A DNA stretch of 64,000 nucleotides from Erysipelotrichaceae bacterium. Its GTDB lineage: Bacteria > Bacillota_I > Bacilli_A > Erysipelotrichales > Erysipelotrichaceae. A program made the position numbers and the translations under genes. The stretch is from contig JAFRBQ010000008.1 of the NCBI GenBank assembly GCA_017404785.1, positions 104,212-168,211 of the forward strand. Reading direction: 5' to 3'. This document shows, one piece after another, positions 54,568 through 64,000 of this stretch; positions within the stretch are counted from its first letter, which is position 1; each line of letters opens with the position of its first letter. The notes under the pieces are model-generated. The model saw only the letters and a list, made by a program, of their open reading frames with translations, was not told the origin of the DNA and did not search any database.

Positions 54568-55897
54568 ATTTATATCTGTAATTGGCAGGATATTTGTTTT
54601 TAAGGATACCTTTATTGGATATCCCGAATCCCAACGGTTGCCCATCTACTATTATCAGTGCATAGCCTTCATTGTTAAAATCGGATACATTGATAGTCTC
54701 ACATTTCAGATACTTTACAACTCTTTCATCGTCTGATCTCAGATCGATGGTGTTTCTGAAACTGTTTTTATCAAGAGCCATAGCCAAGGCAAATGAAGGT
54801 TCAAATCTGTCGTGTTTATATTCGCCAAGATACAGTCCGGATCTCAAGACTCGCAAGCCCTTTAAATCAAGATCATGAAGAGGTTCAAAGTAGAGCCTGT
54901 TTTCTCTTTTTATGAATGTACCGTCAGTAAATGAATAATCGCTCTCTTTAAAGAAAGGCTCATCCGGTTTATCGATCATCTTTTTGTCCTTTATTGCCTT
55001 TTCTTTTGTGTTTCCTTTCTGAAGCAGGGCAACAAAATGACCTTCACCATTTATTCTGTGTGGATACAGTCTTACACAGCTTTTTGTCTTATCCGTAAGT
55101 CCTGAAACGAAGCCCTCATACTTCTTTATTGGCAATACTTTAATATCAGAATATTTTTCAAGGGCGTATTCGATCACTTCTTCATTTTCCTTTTTCGAAA
55201 AAGTGCAGGTAGAGTATACAATCATGCCGCCATCCTTGAGCATCTCTATTGCCTTGCAGAGAAGCTGTTTCTGAATCAGGGCGTAGTAATCGGAGTCTCT
55301 TTGCATATAGGATTTTATCAGTTCAGGTTCCTTGCGGAACATGCCCTGACCTGAACACGGCGCATCGAGCAATATCTTGTCGAAACTGCCGACAAATCTG
55401 TCGATTTTCAGAAGATCTTCAGCCATGACGAAACTGTTTACAACGCCATGTCTTTCCAGATTGCTTAAAAGGATCTGGGCTCTGCTCACGGAAATATCGT
55501 TTGAGATCAGGATCCCGGTATTCTTCAATTTATCTGCAAGCTTCAGGGATTTCCCCCCTGGTGCTGCACAGGCATCAAGGACGATATCGTTTTCTTCGAT
55601 CGGCAATACTTCTCCCGGAAGCATGGCGCTTGGTTCCTGGATATAGTAAAGTCCCGCATAGTAATAGGGATGTTTGGCCGGGCGATCTTCTTCATTGAAA
55701 TAGAAGCCATCATGACACCACGGGATCGGTTCCAGCTTAAAAGGAGCGATCTTGAGAAAGTCTTCGACCGAGATCTTGGAGGTGTTTACTCTTAGTCCAT
55801 TCAGATGAATGGATGCAAGTGACTCAAGGTAGTCTTCATAGTCTTCCTTGAAAAGTTCCTTTGCCTCATTGAGATAGCTTTGCGGGAGTTTTTCCAT
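54566..55897 (-). CDS. RsmB/RsmF-family rRNA cytosine-C5 methyltransferase
   Basis: SAM motif DACAAPGGKS. Catalytic motifs DAPCSGQGMFRKEP and YSTCTF. C-terminal PUA-like extension. Confidence 0.8.
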   Translation of the reverse strand: MEKLPQSYLNEAKELFKEDYEDYLESLASIHLNGLRVNTSKISVEDFLKIAPFKLEPIPWCHDGFYFNEEDRPAKHPYYYAGLYYIQEPSAMLPGEVLPIEENDIVLDACAAPGGKSLKLADKLKNTGILISNDISVSRAQILLSNLERHGVVNSFVMAEDLLKIDRFVGSFDKILLDAPCSGQGMFRKEPELIKSYMQRDSDYYALIQKQLLCKAIEMLKDGGMIVYSTCTFSKKENEEVIEYALEKYSDIKVLPIKKYEGFVSGLTDKTKSCVRLYPHRINGEGHFVALLQKGNTKEKAIKDKKMIDKPDEPFFKESDYSFTDGTFIKRENRLYFEPLHDLDLKGLRVLRSGLYLGEYKHDRFEPSFALAMALDKNSFRNTIDLRSDDERVVKYLKCETINVSDFNNEGYALIIVDGQPLGFGISNKGILKNKYPANYRYK

Positions 55898-55967
55898 ATC
55901 TTTATTCTAAATCATAAAGATTGTTTAAGGAATTTCAGGTTTTTCAGGACATAATGATTGGAAACAT

Positions 55968-57101
55968 ATGGAATGTCTTAGATGTGGAAACAGGGATCCT
56001 CGCTACTTCTATAAGGGTCATAAAGGCTATTACTGCCGCAAATGCATAAGGTATTCAAGAGTTCTGCTGGAGGAGGAACCGGAGACATTTTCCTATGAGG
56101 TCTCTGATGAAGCGGGAGAATACCGTTTTGATTATCCTTTGACACCTGTCCAGCTGGAAGCATCAAATAAATGCCTAAAGGATCTTCAAAAAAACGATAT
56201 CCTTCTTCATGCGGTATGCGGGGCAGGCAAGACCGAGATATCTATCGCCAGTATAAGTGATTATCTAAGCAGAGGTCTCAAGGTCGCTTATGCGATACCC
56301 AGAAAAGAAGTGGTGATCGAACTTGAAAAGCGCTTCAGGAAGATCTTTCATAAGGCGGATGTCATAAGTGTCTATGGTGGTCATCATGAAAGACTGAGCG
56401 GCGACCTGATCATCTGTACGACTCATCAGCTTTATCGCTACTATCATAGCTTTGATCTGCTGGTGCTGGATGAGGTCGATGCCTTTCCACTTAAAGGTGA
56501 TCAGACTCTGATGAATATCTGCCTTAATTCCTGCAAGGGCAGGATCCTGTTTTCGACTGCAACGATCGATGAGTGGCTTTTGATGGTCTTGAAGAAAAGA
56601 CAGTATCAGAAAGTGGAAGTCTACACAAGACCTTCCGGAAATCCCTTGAGCATTCCTGAGATCTTATTTGTGAATCAGTACCTGGGTTTTATTGGACTCT
56701 ACATGATCATGAAAAGGATGGCCAACCAGTGTCTGATCTTCGTGCCTTCGAAAAAGCTCTGTCACATCATGTACAGGATCTTTTCACGCTTATTCAGCTG
56801 TACATATGTCTACGCCGATCTTGAAGAAAGAAACAGGAATATCCTTCTGTTTCGAAACGGGGAAAGGAAATTCTGTTTTACGACGACGGTTCTTGAAAGA
56901 GGGATTACGATCAAAGGGATCTCGGTCATTATCTATGACTATGGGAATATCTTTGATCAGAGCAATCTCATCCAGATGCTAGGAAGAGTAAACAGAGGGA
57001 TCGGTGACAATGAAGGAAAGACTTTCCTTTTTACCGATCGCTATTCTAGGAAACTGAGTCAGACGATGAAATATCTTAAGGAGGCAAACAGTTATCTATG
57101 A
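55968..57101 (+). CDS. comFA: ComF operon protein 1 (DEAD/DEAH-type helicase)
   Basis: N-terminal Cys4 knuckle (CLRCG...CRKC). Walker A CGAGKTE and Walker B LVLDEVD. Confidence 0.8.
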   Translation: MECLRCGNRDPRYFYKGHKGYYCRKCIRYSRVLLEEEPETFSYEVSDEAGEYRFDYPLTPVQLEASNKCLKDLQKNDILLHAVCGAGKTEISIASISDYLSRGLKVAYAIPRKEVVIELEKRFRKIFHKADVISVYGGHHERLSGDLIICTTHQLYRYYHSFDLLVLDEVDAFPLKGDQTLMNICLNSCKGRILFSTATIDEWLLMVLKKRQYQKVEVYTRPSGNPLSIPEILFVNQYLGFIGLYMIMKRMANQCLIFVPSKKLCHIMYRIFSRLFSCTYVYADLEERNRNILLFRNGERKFCFTTTVLERGITIKGISVIIYDYGNIFDQSNLIQMLGRVNRGIGDNEGKTFLFTDRYSRKLSQTMKYLKEANSYL

Positions 57102-57694
57102 GATGTCTGTATTGCGACAAGGTGATAAACAAACTCAGTTTCAAAAGCCTGCTTATAAAGGAGGACCTCTTATGTGTTGAATGTCGAATGAAATTGCCGT
57201 TAAAAAGAAGAACGATCAAGGTAAAGGAAATGGAAGTTGAGACCTTCTATGACTATGACGGGATGTTCAAAAGCCTGCTTCTGCAGTACAAGGAATGTCT
57301 TGATGAAGCACTTAAGTCCGTTTTCCTTTATGAAATAACTGATTATATCAATCTGAGATATTTTAACTATAAGATCTGCTATATTCCCAGCAGCACAAAA
57401 AAGCTCGAATACAGAGGTTTTGAACATCTGAAACTCATGTTTGAAGAAGTGAAACTCAAGCCTCTTGAGGGACTCAGAATGAAAGAAGAACTGTGTCAGG
57501 AGGGGATGGATCTTAAAAACCGAATGAAAATGATGAGCAACTTTGTTTACGATGGAAAACAAGAAAACAAAGTGCTGCTGGTGGATGATGTCCTGACCAG
57601 TGGCTCGACACTGCTGGGAGCTTACAGGTCTTTATATTCAAACTGCAAAAGAATAAAAGTGTTATCTGTAGCTTACAAAAACAACTTGATTTAG
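57098..57694 (+). CDS. comFC: ComF family phosphoribosyltransferase-like protein
   Basis: N-terminal CLYCD...CVEC zinc motif. PRTase loop LLVDDVLTSGST. ATGA overlap with comFA. Confidence 0.8.
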   Translation: MRCLYCDKVINKLSFKSLLIKEDLLCVECRMKLPLKRRTIKVKEMEVETFYDYDGMFKSLLLQYKECLDEALKSVFLYEITDYINLRYFNYKICYIPSSTKKLEYRGFEHLKLMFEEVKLKPLEGLRMKEELCQEGMDLKNRMKMMSNFVYDGKQENKVLLVDDVLTSGSTLLGAYRSLYSNCKRIKVLSVAYKNNLI

Positions 57695-57740
57695 AAACCT
57701 GAAAGTGTGATAGAATTATATGGAAGGAGAATAACAAGGA

Positions 57741-57944
57741 ATGTTAGGCAAAGTTAAAAGATTCAACAAGGTTAAGGGATTTGGCTTCATTACAGCAGAT
57801 GACGGTCGTGATGTCTTTTTCCATTATTCTCAATTGATCATGGATGGCTACAAAACCATAAGCGAGGGGGCACCGGTTGAATTCGATTTAGTTGAAGGTG
57901 ATCGTGGTCTTCAAGCTCATAATATAAAAGAGATTCAAGAATAA
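57741..57944 (+). CDS. cold-shock protein (CspA family)
   Basis: RNP1-like KGFGFI and RNP2-like VFFHY. 67 aa. Confidence 0.9.
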   Translation: MLGKVKRFNKVKGFGFITADDGRDVFFHYSQLIMDGYKTISEGAPVEFDLVEGDRGLQAHNIKEIQE

Positions 57945-57959
57945 CCTGTAATGAAAACA

Positions 57960-57984
57960 GTTGGCCTGACGGCCAGCTTTTTTT
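57960..57984 (+). terminator. intrinsic terminator
   Basis: GTTGGCC / GGCCAGC stem followed by T7. Confidence 0.7.
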
Positions 57985-58027
57985 ATCCGGCAGTTGACTG
58001 ATGAAACAGGAATAGATCAATATCCTA

Positions 58028-58036
58028 TGTTATAAT
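58028..58036 (+). promoter_or_regulatory. extended -10 element upstream of secA
   Basis: TGTTATAAT. No good -35 box at 17 nt. Confidence 0.4.
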
Positions 58037-58060
58037 TTCTTAGTGTAATAGGAGGCAGAA

Positions 58061-60397
58061 ATGGGATTATTAGACAGATTATTCAATAACGATAAAAAGA
58101 TCCTTGATGAAGTTGAAAAGGCTGTTAAGCCAGTTGATGCTCTGAAAGAGCAGATGGCCACTTTAAGTGATGAACAGCTTAAAAATAAAACTACAGAATT
58201 CAAAGAAAGACTGGCCAATGGGGAAACACTGGATGACATCATGGTGGAAGCCTTTGCGGTCGCAAGAGAAGCAGCCAAGCGTGTGATCGGAGAATTTCCG
58301 TTCTTCTGTCAGCTTGAAGGTGCCTATGTCATGCATCGTGGCGATATAGCCGAGATGAAGACCGGTGAAGGCAAGACCCTTACTTCTGTCATGGCTGTAT
58401 ATCTCAATGCCCTGGAAGGAAAAGGCGTTCATGTCGTAACCGTCAACGAATACCTGGCTCAAAGAGACTCGGAATGGATGGGCGCGATCCACCGCTTCCT
58501 TGGTCTTACAGTCGGCCTGAACCTCAGAGCTCTCACACCTGCACAGAAAAGAGCGGCTTATGAGTGCGATATAACCTATACGACCAACTCGGAAGTAGGC
58601 TTTGACTATCTGCGTGACAACATGGTCACCAGGGTTGAAGACCGTGTATTAAGAGAACTGCATTTCGCTCTGGTCGATGAGGTCGACTCCATTCTGATCG
58701 ATGAATCAAGAACACCGCTCATCATTTCCGGTGGCGAAAGAAAGACGGCCAATCTCTATATCAATGCGGATCGCTTTGTAAAGCGTTTAAAGGCCGATGA
58801 GGAGTACGTCATCGATATCAAGGACAAGAATGTTCAGCTTACTGAAGAGGGCGTCCACAAAGGCGAAAAGGCCTTCGGTGTGGAAAACCTCTATGATATT
58901 GAAAACACATCACTGGTCCACTATATCAATCAGGCCTTGAAGGCCAACTACATCATGACCAGAGATGTCGAATATGTGGTCGAGGATAACGAAGTCATCA
59001 TCGTTGACCAGAATACCGGTCGAAAGATGCCAGGCAGAGAATACTCTGATGGCTTACATCAGGCTATTCAGGCCAAGGAAGGTGTTCCGATCAAACAGGA
59101 GACCACCACGATGGCGACGATCACCTATCAGAATTTCTTCAGACTCTACGACAAGCTCGCCGGTATGACAGGTACAGCCAAGACCGAAGAAGAAGAATTC
59201 CTTTCGATTTACAATATGCGTGTCGTTGAGATACCGACCAATGTGCCGGTCCAGAGGATCGACTATCCGGATCTCGTCTTTGGTACCAAGAAGGCCAAAT
59301 ACAACGCGTTGCTCAATGAAGTAAAGGAGCTCTATGCCAAAGGTCAGCCGGTGCTGGTCGGTACGATCTCTGTTGAGACTTCCGAACTGATCTCGAGGAT
59401 GTTCAAACAGGCCAGGATCAGACATGAGGTGTTGAATGCCAAGAACCATGCCAGAGAAGCTGATATCATCGCCAAAGCCGGTAGAGAAGGTTCAGTGACC
59501 ATTGCGACCAATATGGCCGGCCGTGGTACCGATATCAAGCTTACCGATAAGACAAGAGAACTGGGCGGTCTGGTCGTTCTGGGTTCAGAAAGACATGAAT
59601 CAAGACGTATCGATAATCAGCTCAGAGGTCGATCAGGAAGACAGGGTGACCCGGGCTATTCAAGATTCTATGTATCTCTTGAAGATGAGCTGATGGTCAG
59701 ATTCGGATCCGATAGGATCGCCGGACTCTTTGAACAGATGGGTGATATCCCAATTGAAAACCGCACCGTCTCCAAGGCTATCTCAAGTGCTCAGAAGCGT
59801 GTTGAAGGTCTCAACTTCGATATCCGTAAAGCCCTGCTGGATTATGACGATGTCATGAGGCAGCAAAGAGAGACCATGTATGCGCAAAGAAACTACATTC
59901 TTGAACATGAAGATATTCACTCTGTAGTTGAAAACATGTATCAGCGTGTCATTGAAAACATCGTTGAATCAAATATCACCGTTGACGGCAAGAAGGAAGT
60001 TATCGACTATGAATCGATCATCAAACGTCTGAACAACATGGGCGTAACTTCCCTGAAAGAAGAAGATCTTGAAGGTCTCAATAAGGAAGAGACGACCGAC
60101 AAGTGTCTGCACGCCTCACTTGATGCCTATGAAAAGAAGATCAAACCGGTCAAGAATCAGATACTGCCACTGGAAAGAACGATGGTCTTGAGACTCATGG
60201 ACAGAGCCTGGCAGAATCATATCGACGTCATGTCCAAATTAAGAGAAGGTATTCATCTGCGTTCATATGCGCAAAACAATCCTCTGCAGGCATATGTAGA
60301 AGAAGGCTATGAACTCTTTGAAAACATGATGAACACGATATCATCCGATGTCGTCACCTTCTGCAATAACCTGAAGATCGTAATAAAGGAAAAGTAA
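58061..60397 (+). CDS. secA: preprotein translocase ATPase SecA
   Basis: MKTGEGKTL Walker A, DEVDSILIDE, TNMAGRGTDI. 778 aa with no Cys-rich C-terminal tail. Confidence 0.95.
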   Translation: MGLLDRLFNNDKKILDEVEKAVKPVDALKEQMATLSDEQLKNKTTEFKERLANGETLDDIMVEAFAVAREAAKRVIGEFPFFCQLEGAYVMHRGDIAEMKTGEGKTLTSVMAVYLNALEGKGVHVVTVNEYLAQRDSEWMGAIHRFLGLTVGLNLRALTPAQKRAAYECDITYTTNSEVGFDYLRDNMVTRVEDRVLRELHFALVDEVDSILIDESRTPLIISGGERKTANLYINADRFVKRLKADEEYVIDIKDKNVQLTEEGVHKGEKAFGVENLYDIENTSLVHYINQALKANYIMTRDVEYVVEDNEVIIVDQNTGRKMPGREYSDGLHQAIQAKEGVPIKQETTTMATITYQNFFRLYDKLAGMTGTAKTEEEEFLSIYNMRVVEIPTNVPVQRIDYPDLVFGTKKAKYNALLNEVKELYAKGQPVLVGTISVETSELISRMFKQARIRHEVLNAKNHAREADIIAKAGREGSVTIATNMAGRGTDIKLTDKTRELGGLVVLGSERHESRRIDNQLRGRSGRQGDPGYSRFYVSLEDELMVRFGSDRIAGLFEQMGDIPIENRTVSKAISSAQKRVEGLNFDIRKALLDYDDVMRQQRETMYAQRNYILEHEDIHSVVENMYQRVIENIVESNITVDGKKEVIDYESIIKRLNNMGVTSLKEEDLEGLNKEETTDKCLHASLDAYEKKIKPVKNQILPLERTMVLRLMDRAWQNHIDVMSKLREGIHLRSYAQNNPLQAYVEEGYELFENMMNTISSDVVTFCNNLKIVIKEK

Positions 60398-60399
60398 AT

Positions 60400-61498
60400 A
60401 TGGAAATATATGAAATGAAACAGAGCCTAAACACTTCCTTAAAGAAGTTAAAAGATTTAGGCGACTCTCTTTGACCTGGCTCAGATCGAAGAAAAACTAA
60501 GTGAACTGGAAGCCAGACAGGCTGAAGAAAGCTTCTGGTCCGATCAGAAGAAAGCTCAAAGCGTTATAAAGGAATATAACACTTTGAAGGATCTTAAAAC
60601 CAAATACTACGCCAATGAATCTGCCATTGAGTCTTTATTGAGTGAACTTGATGAGCTCAACAAAAACTATGATGCGGAGCTTTTTGAACTGATCAATGAA
60701 GAGTATGAAGAAGTAAACAGGAATTTCGAAGACTTCGAGATCAACGTTCTGCTTTCAAACGACTATGATCATTCCAATGCGCTGCTGGAGATCCATCCGG
60801 GTGCCGGTGGTACCGAATCGCAGGACTGGGCGGAGATGCTGTTCAGGATGTATCAGCGCTATGCCCAGAACAACGGTTATGGTTTTGAAGTGATCTCCTA
60901 TGAAGAAGCCGATGAAGCAGGCATCAAGTCGTGTCTGGTCGCCATCAAAGGCGATAAGGCCTATGGCTATCTCAAGGGTGAATCGGGTGTTCACCGTCTG
61001 GTGAGGATCTCGCCGTTCGATGCCTCAAGCAGAAGACATACTTCCTTTGCTTCAGTCGAAGTTCTGCCGGAGTTCAACAACGAGATCGATATCGAGATCC
61101 GCAATGAGGATCTGGAAGTCGATACGATGCGCTCATCCGGTGCCGGAGGTCAGCACATCAACAAGACCGACAGTGCCGTCAGAATGAAACACATTCCGAC
61201 CGGTCTCATGGCCTTCTCGCAATCCGAAAGATCGCAGATCCTCAACAGGGAAAAATGTCTTTCGATCCTGAAAGCCAAGCTCTATCAGAAGGCTATTGAA
61301 GACAGAGAAAATGAAAAACGGGCCTTAAAAGGTGAACAGAGGAAGATCGAATGGGGATCGCAGATCCGTTCCTATGTCTTCTGTCCTTATACACTGGTCA
61401 AGGATCACCGTACCAATTATGAGGAGGGCAATGTGGACAAGGTCATGAACGGGGAGATAAACAACTTCCTGTTTGCCTACCTGAAGTCACAGCTGTAA
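60400..61498 (+). CDS. prfB: peptide chain release factor 2, expressed through a programmed +1 frameshift
   Basis: Frame 0 runs from the ATG at 60400 to CTT TGA (60469-60474). The +1 frame continues from GAC at 60473 into the 60584 ORF (SPF, GGQHVNK-type SGAGGQHINK). Confidence 0.9.
60469..60475 (+). other. prfB +1 frameshift site CTT TGA C
   Basis: Canonical CUU UGA C heptamer. 60473 is in frame with the downstream RF2 body ((60584-60473) = 111 = 37 x 3). Confidence 0.85.
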
Positions 61499-61500
61499 TA

Positions 61501-62673
61501 ATGAAAAGAAATCTTAGTATCTATACCCTGATCGCTTTAGCTGCCGGCATCGTTGCCGGTCTGTTTTTAAAACCGTTTGTCGTGCAGTTGAGCTTTATCG
61601 GCACGATCTATATCAATTTATTGAAGTTTCTTATCGGTCCGATCGTCTTTACCAGCATGGCTTCGACAATCTATGCATCGCAGGGTCGAAAGGACAGAAT
61701 CATCATCAAGGCGGTATCGATATATATCCTGATGTTTCTGGCGACCTATCTTTTGATGTCGCTGCTGGTGATCATCATCGATCCGGCCAGAGGCTTCAGC
61801 TTCCCGAATACGGAATGGAGCGGTACGACGCAAAGTCTCAGTATCCAGGATATCATCGTCAATCTGTTCCCAAGCAATATCGTATCCATCTTCTTAGATA
61901 CCAAACTGTTTGCGATCATCATGTTTGCCTATATCCTGGCCAAGAGTGCCTACGCCATAAAAGATGGCGATAAGCTGATAAAATACATCACACTTTTAAG
62001 AGATATCTTCTTCAAGATCCTGGAATACGTCATGTATCTGACACCGTTTGCGGTCTTCTCGCTTATTTCCAATACGGTCGCCAACTATGGAACTAGCATA
62101 ATCGGCGTCGGGATCAGATATATCGCCATGGCCTACTTTGGCGGTCTGATGACGATCATCTTCATCATGATCCTGCCGGTCTGGCTGATGGCGAAAATCA
62201 ATCCGCTTGAATACATCAGAAAGGTATACAAGGTCTGGCTGGTCTCGCTGACGACCTGCTCAAGTGCAGCGACCTTGCCGACTACGATGAAGGTCTGCAA
62301 GGAGGAATTCGGCGTTGACGAAAAGATCGTCGATGTCGTTTCACCTTTAGGCTGTACGATCCACATGTGCGGAGGAGCCGTATCCTTTGCCTTGCTGGGG
62401 CTGTTCTGTTCAAAACTATATGGGGTTCAAGTTGATCTATTGACCTTCATACTGATGGTGGTATTCTCTTTACTGATAAACATGTCGGCACCTGGCATCC
62501 CCAATGGGGGAGTCGTCATCGGTGCGACCTATCTTGAACTACTGAAGATCCCTTTGAACTTCATCGGTTTCTATAGCGGATTATACAAGATCCTGGATAT
62601 GTTATATACGACACTCAATGTGACGGGCAATATCACAGCCAATGTGATCATATCCAATCTGAATAAGGATTAA
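61501..62673 (+). CDS. dicarboxylate/amino-acid:cation symporter (DAACS family)
   Basis: About 8 TM segments plus re-entrant loop signatures (SSAATLP, NMSAPGIPNGG). Starts 2 nt after the prfB stop. Confidence 0.8.
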   Translation: MKRNLSIYTLIALAAGIVAGLFLKPFVVQLSFIGTIYINLLKFLIGPIVFTSMASTIYASQGRKDRIIIKAVSIYILMFLATYLLMSLLVIIIDPARGFSFPNTEWSGTTQSLSIQDIIVNLFPSNIVSIFLDTKLFAIIMFAYILAKSAYAIKDGDKLIKYITLLRDIFFKILEYVMYLTPFAVFSLISNTVANYGTSIIGVGIRYIAMAYFGGLMTIIFIMILPVWLMAKINPLEYIRKVYKVWLVSLTTCSSAATLPTTMKVCKEEFGVDEKIVDVVSPLGCTIHMCGGAVSFALLGLFCSKLYGVQVDLLTFILMVVFSLLINMSAPGIPNGGVVIGATYLELLKIPLNFIGFYSGLYKILDMLYTTLNVTGNITANVIISNLNKD

Positions 62674-62679
62674 ACTATT

Positions 62680-63114
62680 ATGAATAACTACGAGATTGAA
62701 AAAGAACTGGATGAGGCTATTGCGGCCGCTGATGAAACGATCGATCTGCTCGATCAGGCTTATGCCAGTATGAACTCAGCCCGCAACTGGGGCTTCTTTG
62801 ACATGTTTGGAGGAGGATTCTTCTCGACCATGATCAAAAGAGAGAAAATGAACGATGGCCGCTACTTCATGAACAAGGCCAAGCGTTCTTTAAACAAACT
62901 CAAGGATGAACTCGATGATGTCGACGATCTTGAAGATCTTGATCTGAACATGGATGATTTTCTCTCCTTTGCGGATTTCTTCTTTGACGGATTCCTGGCC
63001 GACTGGCTGGTCCAGGGCAGGATCAACGATGCTAGAGACAAGATCGATCAGACCCTTAAAGCAGTCTGCGAGATCAGAGAAAAACTCATCGAAAGAAAAG
63101 AAATGATTGATTAA
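62680..63114 (+). CDS. hypothetical acidic coiled-coil protein
   Basis: 144 aa. A central FFDMFGGGFFST segment sits between helical acidic regions. No family recognised. Confidence 0.5.
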   Translation: MNNYEIEKELDEAIAAADETIDLLDQAYASMNSARNWGFFDMFGGGFFSTMIKREKMNDGRYFMNKAKRSLNKLKDELDDVDDLEDLDLNMDDFLSFADFFFDGFLADWLVQGRINDARDKIDQTLKAVCEIREKLIERKEMID

Positions 63115-63137
63115 AGAATTGTACTCTATGTTAGAAT
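63107..63137 (+). promoter_or_regulatory. promoter of the metG T-box leader
   Basis: TTGATT (63107-63112) and an extended -10 TGTTAGAAT (63129-63137). Confidence 0.45.
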
Positions 63138-63139
63138 AG

Positions 63140-63340
63140 AGGTAGCTTTGAAGGATAGATTGATCGTCAGAATTCATAGAGAGCCGGTGGCAGGTGGAAA
63201 CCGGCAAGGAAGACTTTCAAAGATGGATCCGGAGCTTCTATGGTGAATATTTTAGCCATAGACGTGTCCTCGCGTTAAGAGATAAGTTAGAAATAAAGGT
63301 GGTACCGCGCTTAAGCGCCCTTGGATCACCTTTTTTGTTT
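63140..63340 (+). promoter_or_regulatory. T-box riboswitch leader (Met specifier)
   Basis: Stem I AGAGAG/GGTGG elements. Candidate specifier ATG at 63223-63225. T-box core AAAGGTGGTACCGCG at 63295-63309. Terminator helix ends in T6 at 63331-63336. Confidence 0.8.
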
Positions 63341-63357
63341 TTATGGAGGTTCTTGAA

Positions 63358-64000
63358 ATGGAAAACAAAGGAAAGTATTACATCACGACAGCTATTGCCT
63401 ATGCCAGCGGTAAACCGCATATCGGCAACACCTATGAGATCATCATGGCGGACTCGATCGCCAGATACAAGAAACTGACAGGTTATGATGTCCGTTTTCA
63501 GACCGGTACCGATGAGCATGGCCAGAAGATCGAAGAAAAAGCCAAGGCGGCAGGTCTGACTCCGAAGGAGTTTGTCGACAAACAGGCTGCCGAGATCAAG
63601 AGGATCTTTGATCTGATGAATACCTCCTATGATAAATTCATCCGCACTACCGATGACTATCACGAAAAGGAAGTTCAGAAGATCTTCAAGAAACTCTATG
63701 ATCAGGGTGATATCTACAAGAGCGAATACGAAGGCTGGTATTGTACGCCATGCGAATCCTTCTGGACGGAATCGCAACTGGTAGAGGGAAAATGTCCGAC
63801 CTGCAGTGCACCGGTACATAAGGAGAAGGAAGAATCATACTTCTTCAAACTCAGCAAGTACCAGAAACAGCTGGAAGACTATATCGAGAGCCATCCGGAA
63901 TTCATTCAGCCTGAATCCCGCAAGAACGAGATGCTGAACAACTTCATCAGACCGGGACTTCAGGATCTTTGTGTATCCCGCACTTCTTTCAAGTGGGGCA
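63358..64000 (+). CDS. metG: methionine--tRNA ligase (5' part, runs off the window end)
   Basis: MENKGKYYITTAIAYASGKPHIGNTYE (HIGH-type motif) and the zinc knuckle CTPCE...CPTC. The frame is open to position 64000. Confidence 0.9.
   Translation, partial: MENKGKYYITTAIAYASGKPHIGNTYEIIMADSIARYKKLTGYDVRFQTGTDEHGQKIEEKAKAAGLTPKEFVDKQAAEIKRIFDLMNTSYDKFIRTTDDYHEKEVQKIFKKLYDQGDIYKSEYEGWYCTPCESFWTESQLVEGKCPTCSAPVHKEKEESYFFKLSKYQKQLEDYIESHPEFIQPESRKNEMLNNFIRPGLQDLCVSRTSFKWG

Noticed and set aside
1-64000. CRISPR arrays, tRNA/rRNA genes, transposases, integrases or prophage blocks.
   Set aside because: My read-through found no regularly spaced direct repeats, no cloverleaf-like or rRNA-like segments and no recombinase-like translations. 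The only repeats are coding repeats inside two surface-protein genes.

Overview
This 64 kb window looks like chromosome from a low-GC Gram-positive bacterium (Bacillota). The lineage is a guess from the gene order comFA-comFC-csp-secA-prfB, a T-box leader before metG, the rplM-rpsI pair and the prfB +1 frameshift. I support about 60 protein genes. I saw no rRNA or tRNA genes, no CRISPR array, and no integrase or transposase. Most genes are housekeeping: gpsA, pyk, pyrG, secA, prfB, rplM/rpsI, metG, aminotransferases and ABC transporters.

The most unusual content:
1. A ~17.5 kb nucleoside-scavenging island (31.7-49.2 kb). It holds five PNP/UDP-family phosphorylase paralogues, pdp, cdd, a nucleoside hydrolase, an MtaD-like amidohydrolase and a BMP-type ABC importer. 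One paralogue has lost its phosphate-binding motifs and overlaps its neighbour. One operon sits behind an unclassified leader with an intrinsic terminator, which I treat as a candidate attenuator or riboswitch.
2. A 2209-aa surface protein built from repeats.
3. An XRE-HTH domain fused to UDP-glucose 6-dehydrogenase.
4. An orphan type-III-Mod-like DNA methyltransferase, divergent from a small RHH gene, with nested TTGCA dyads at its predicted transcription start.
5. An apparently circularly permuted solute-binding domain fused to an ABC permease.
6. Strong over-representation of GATC by eye.

All calls come from reading the sequence and ORF translations. No database search was run. Hairpin and promoter coordinates were derived by hand.
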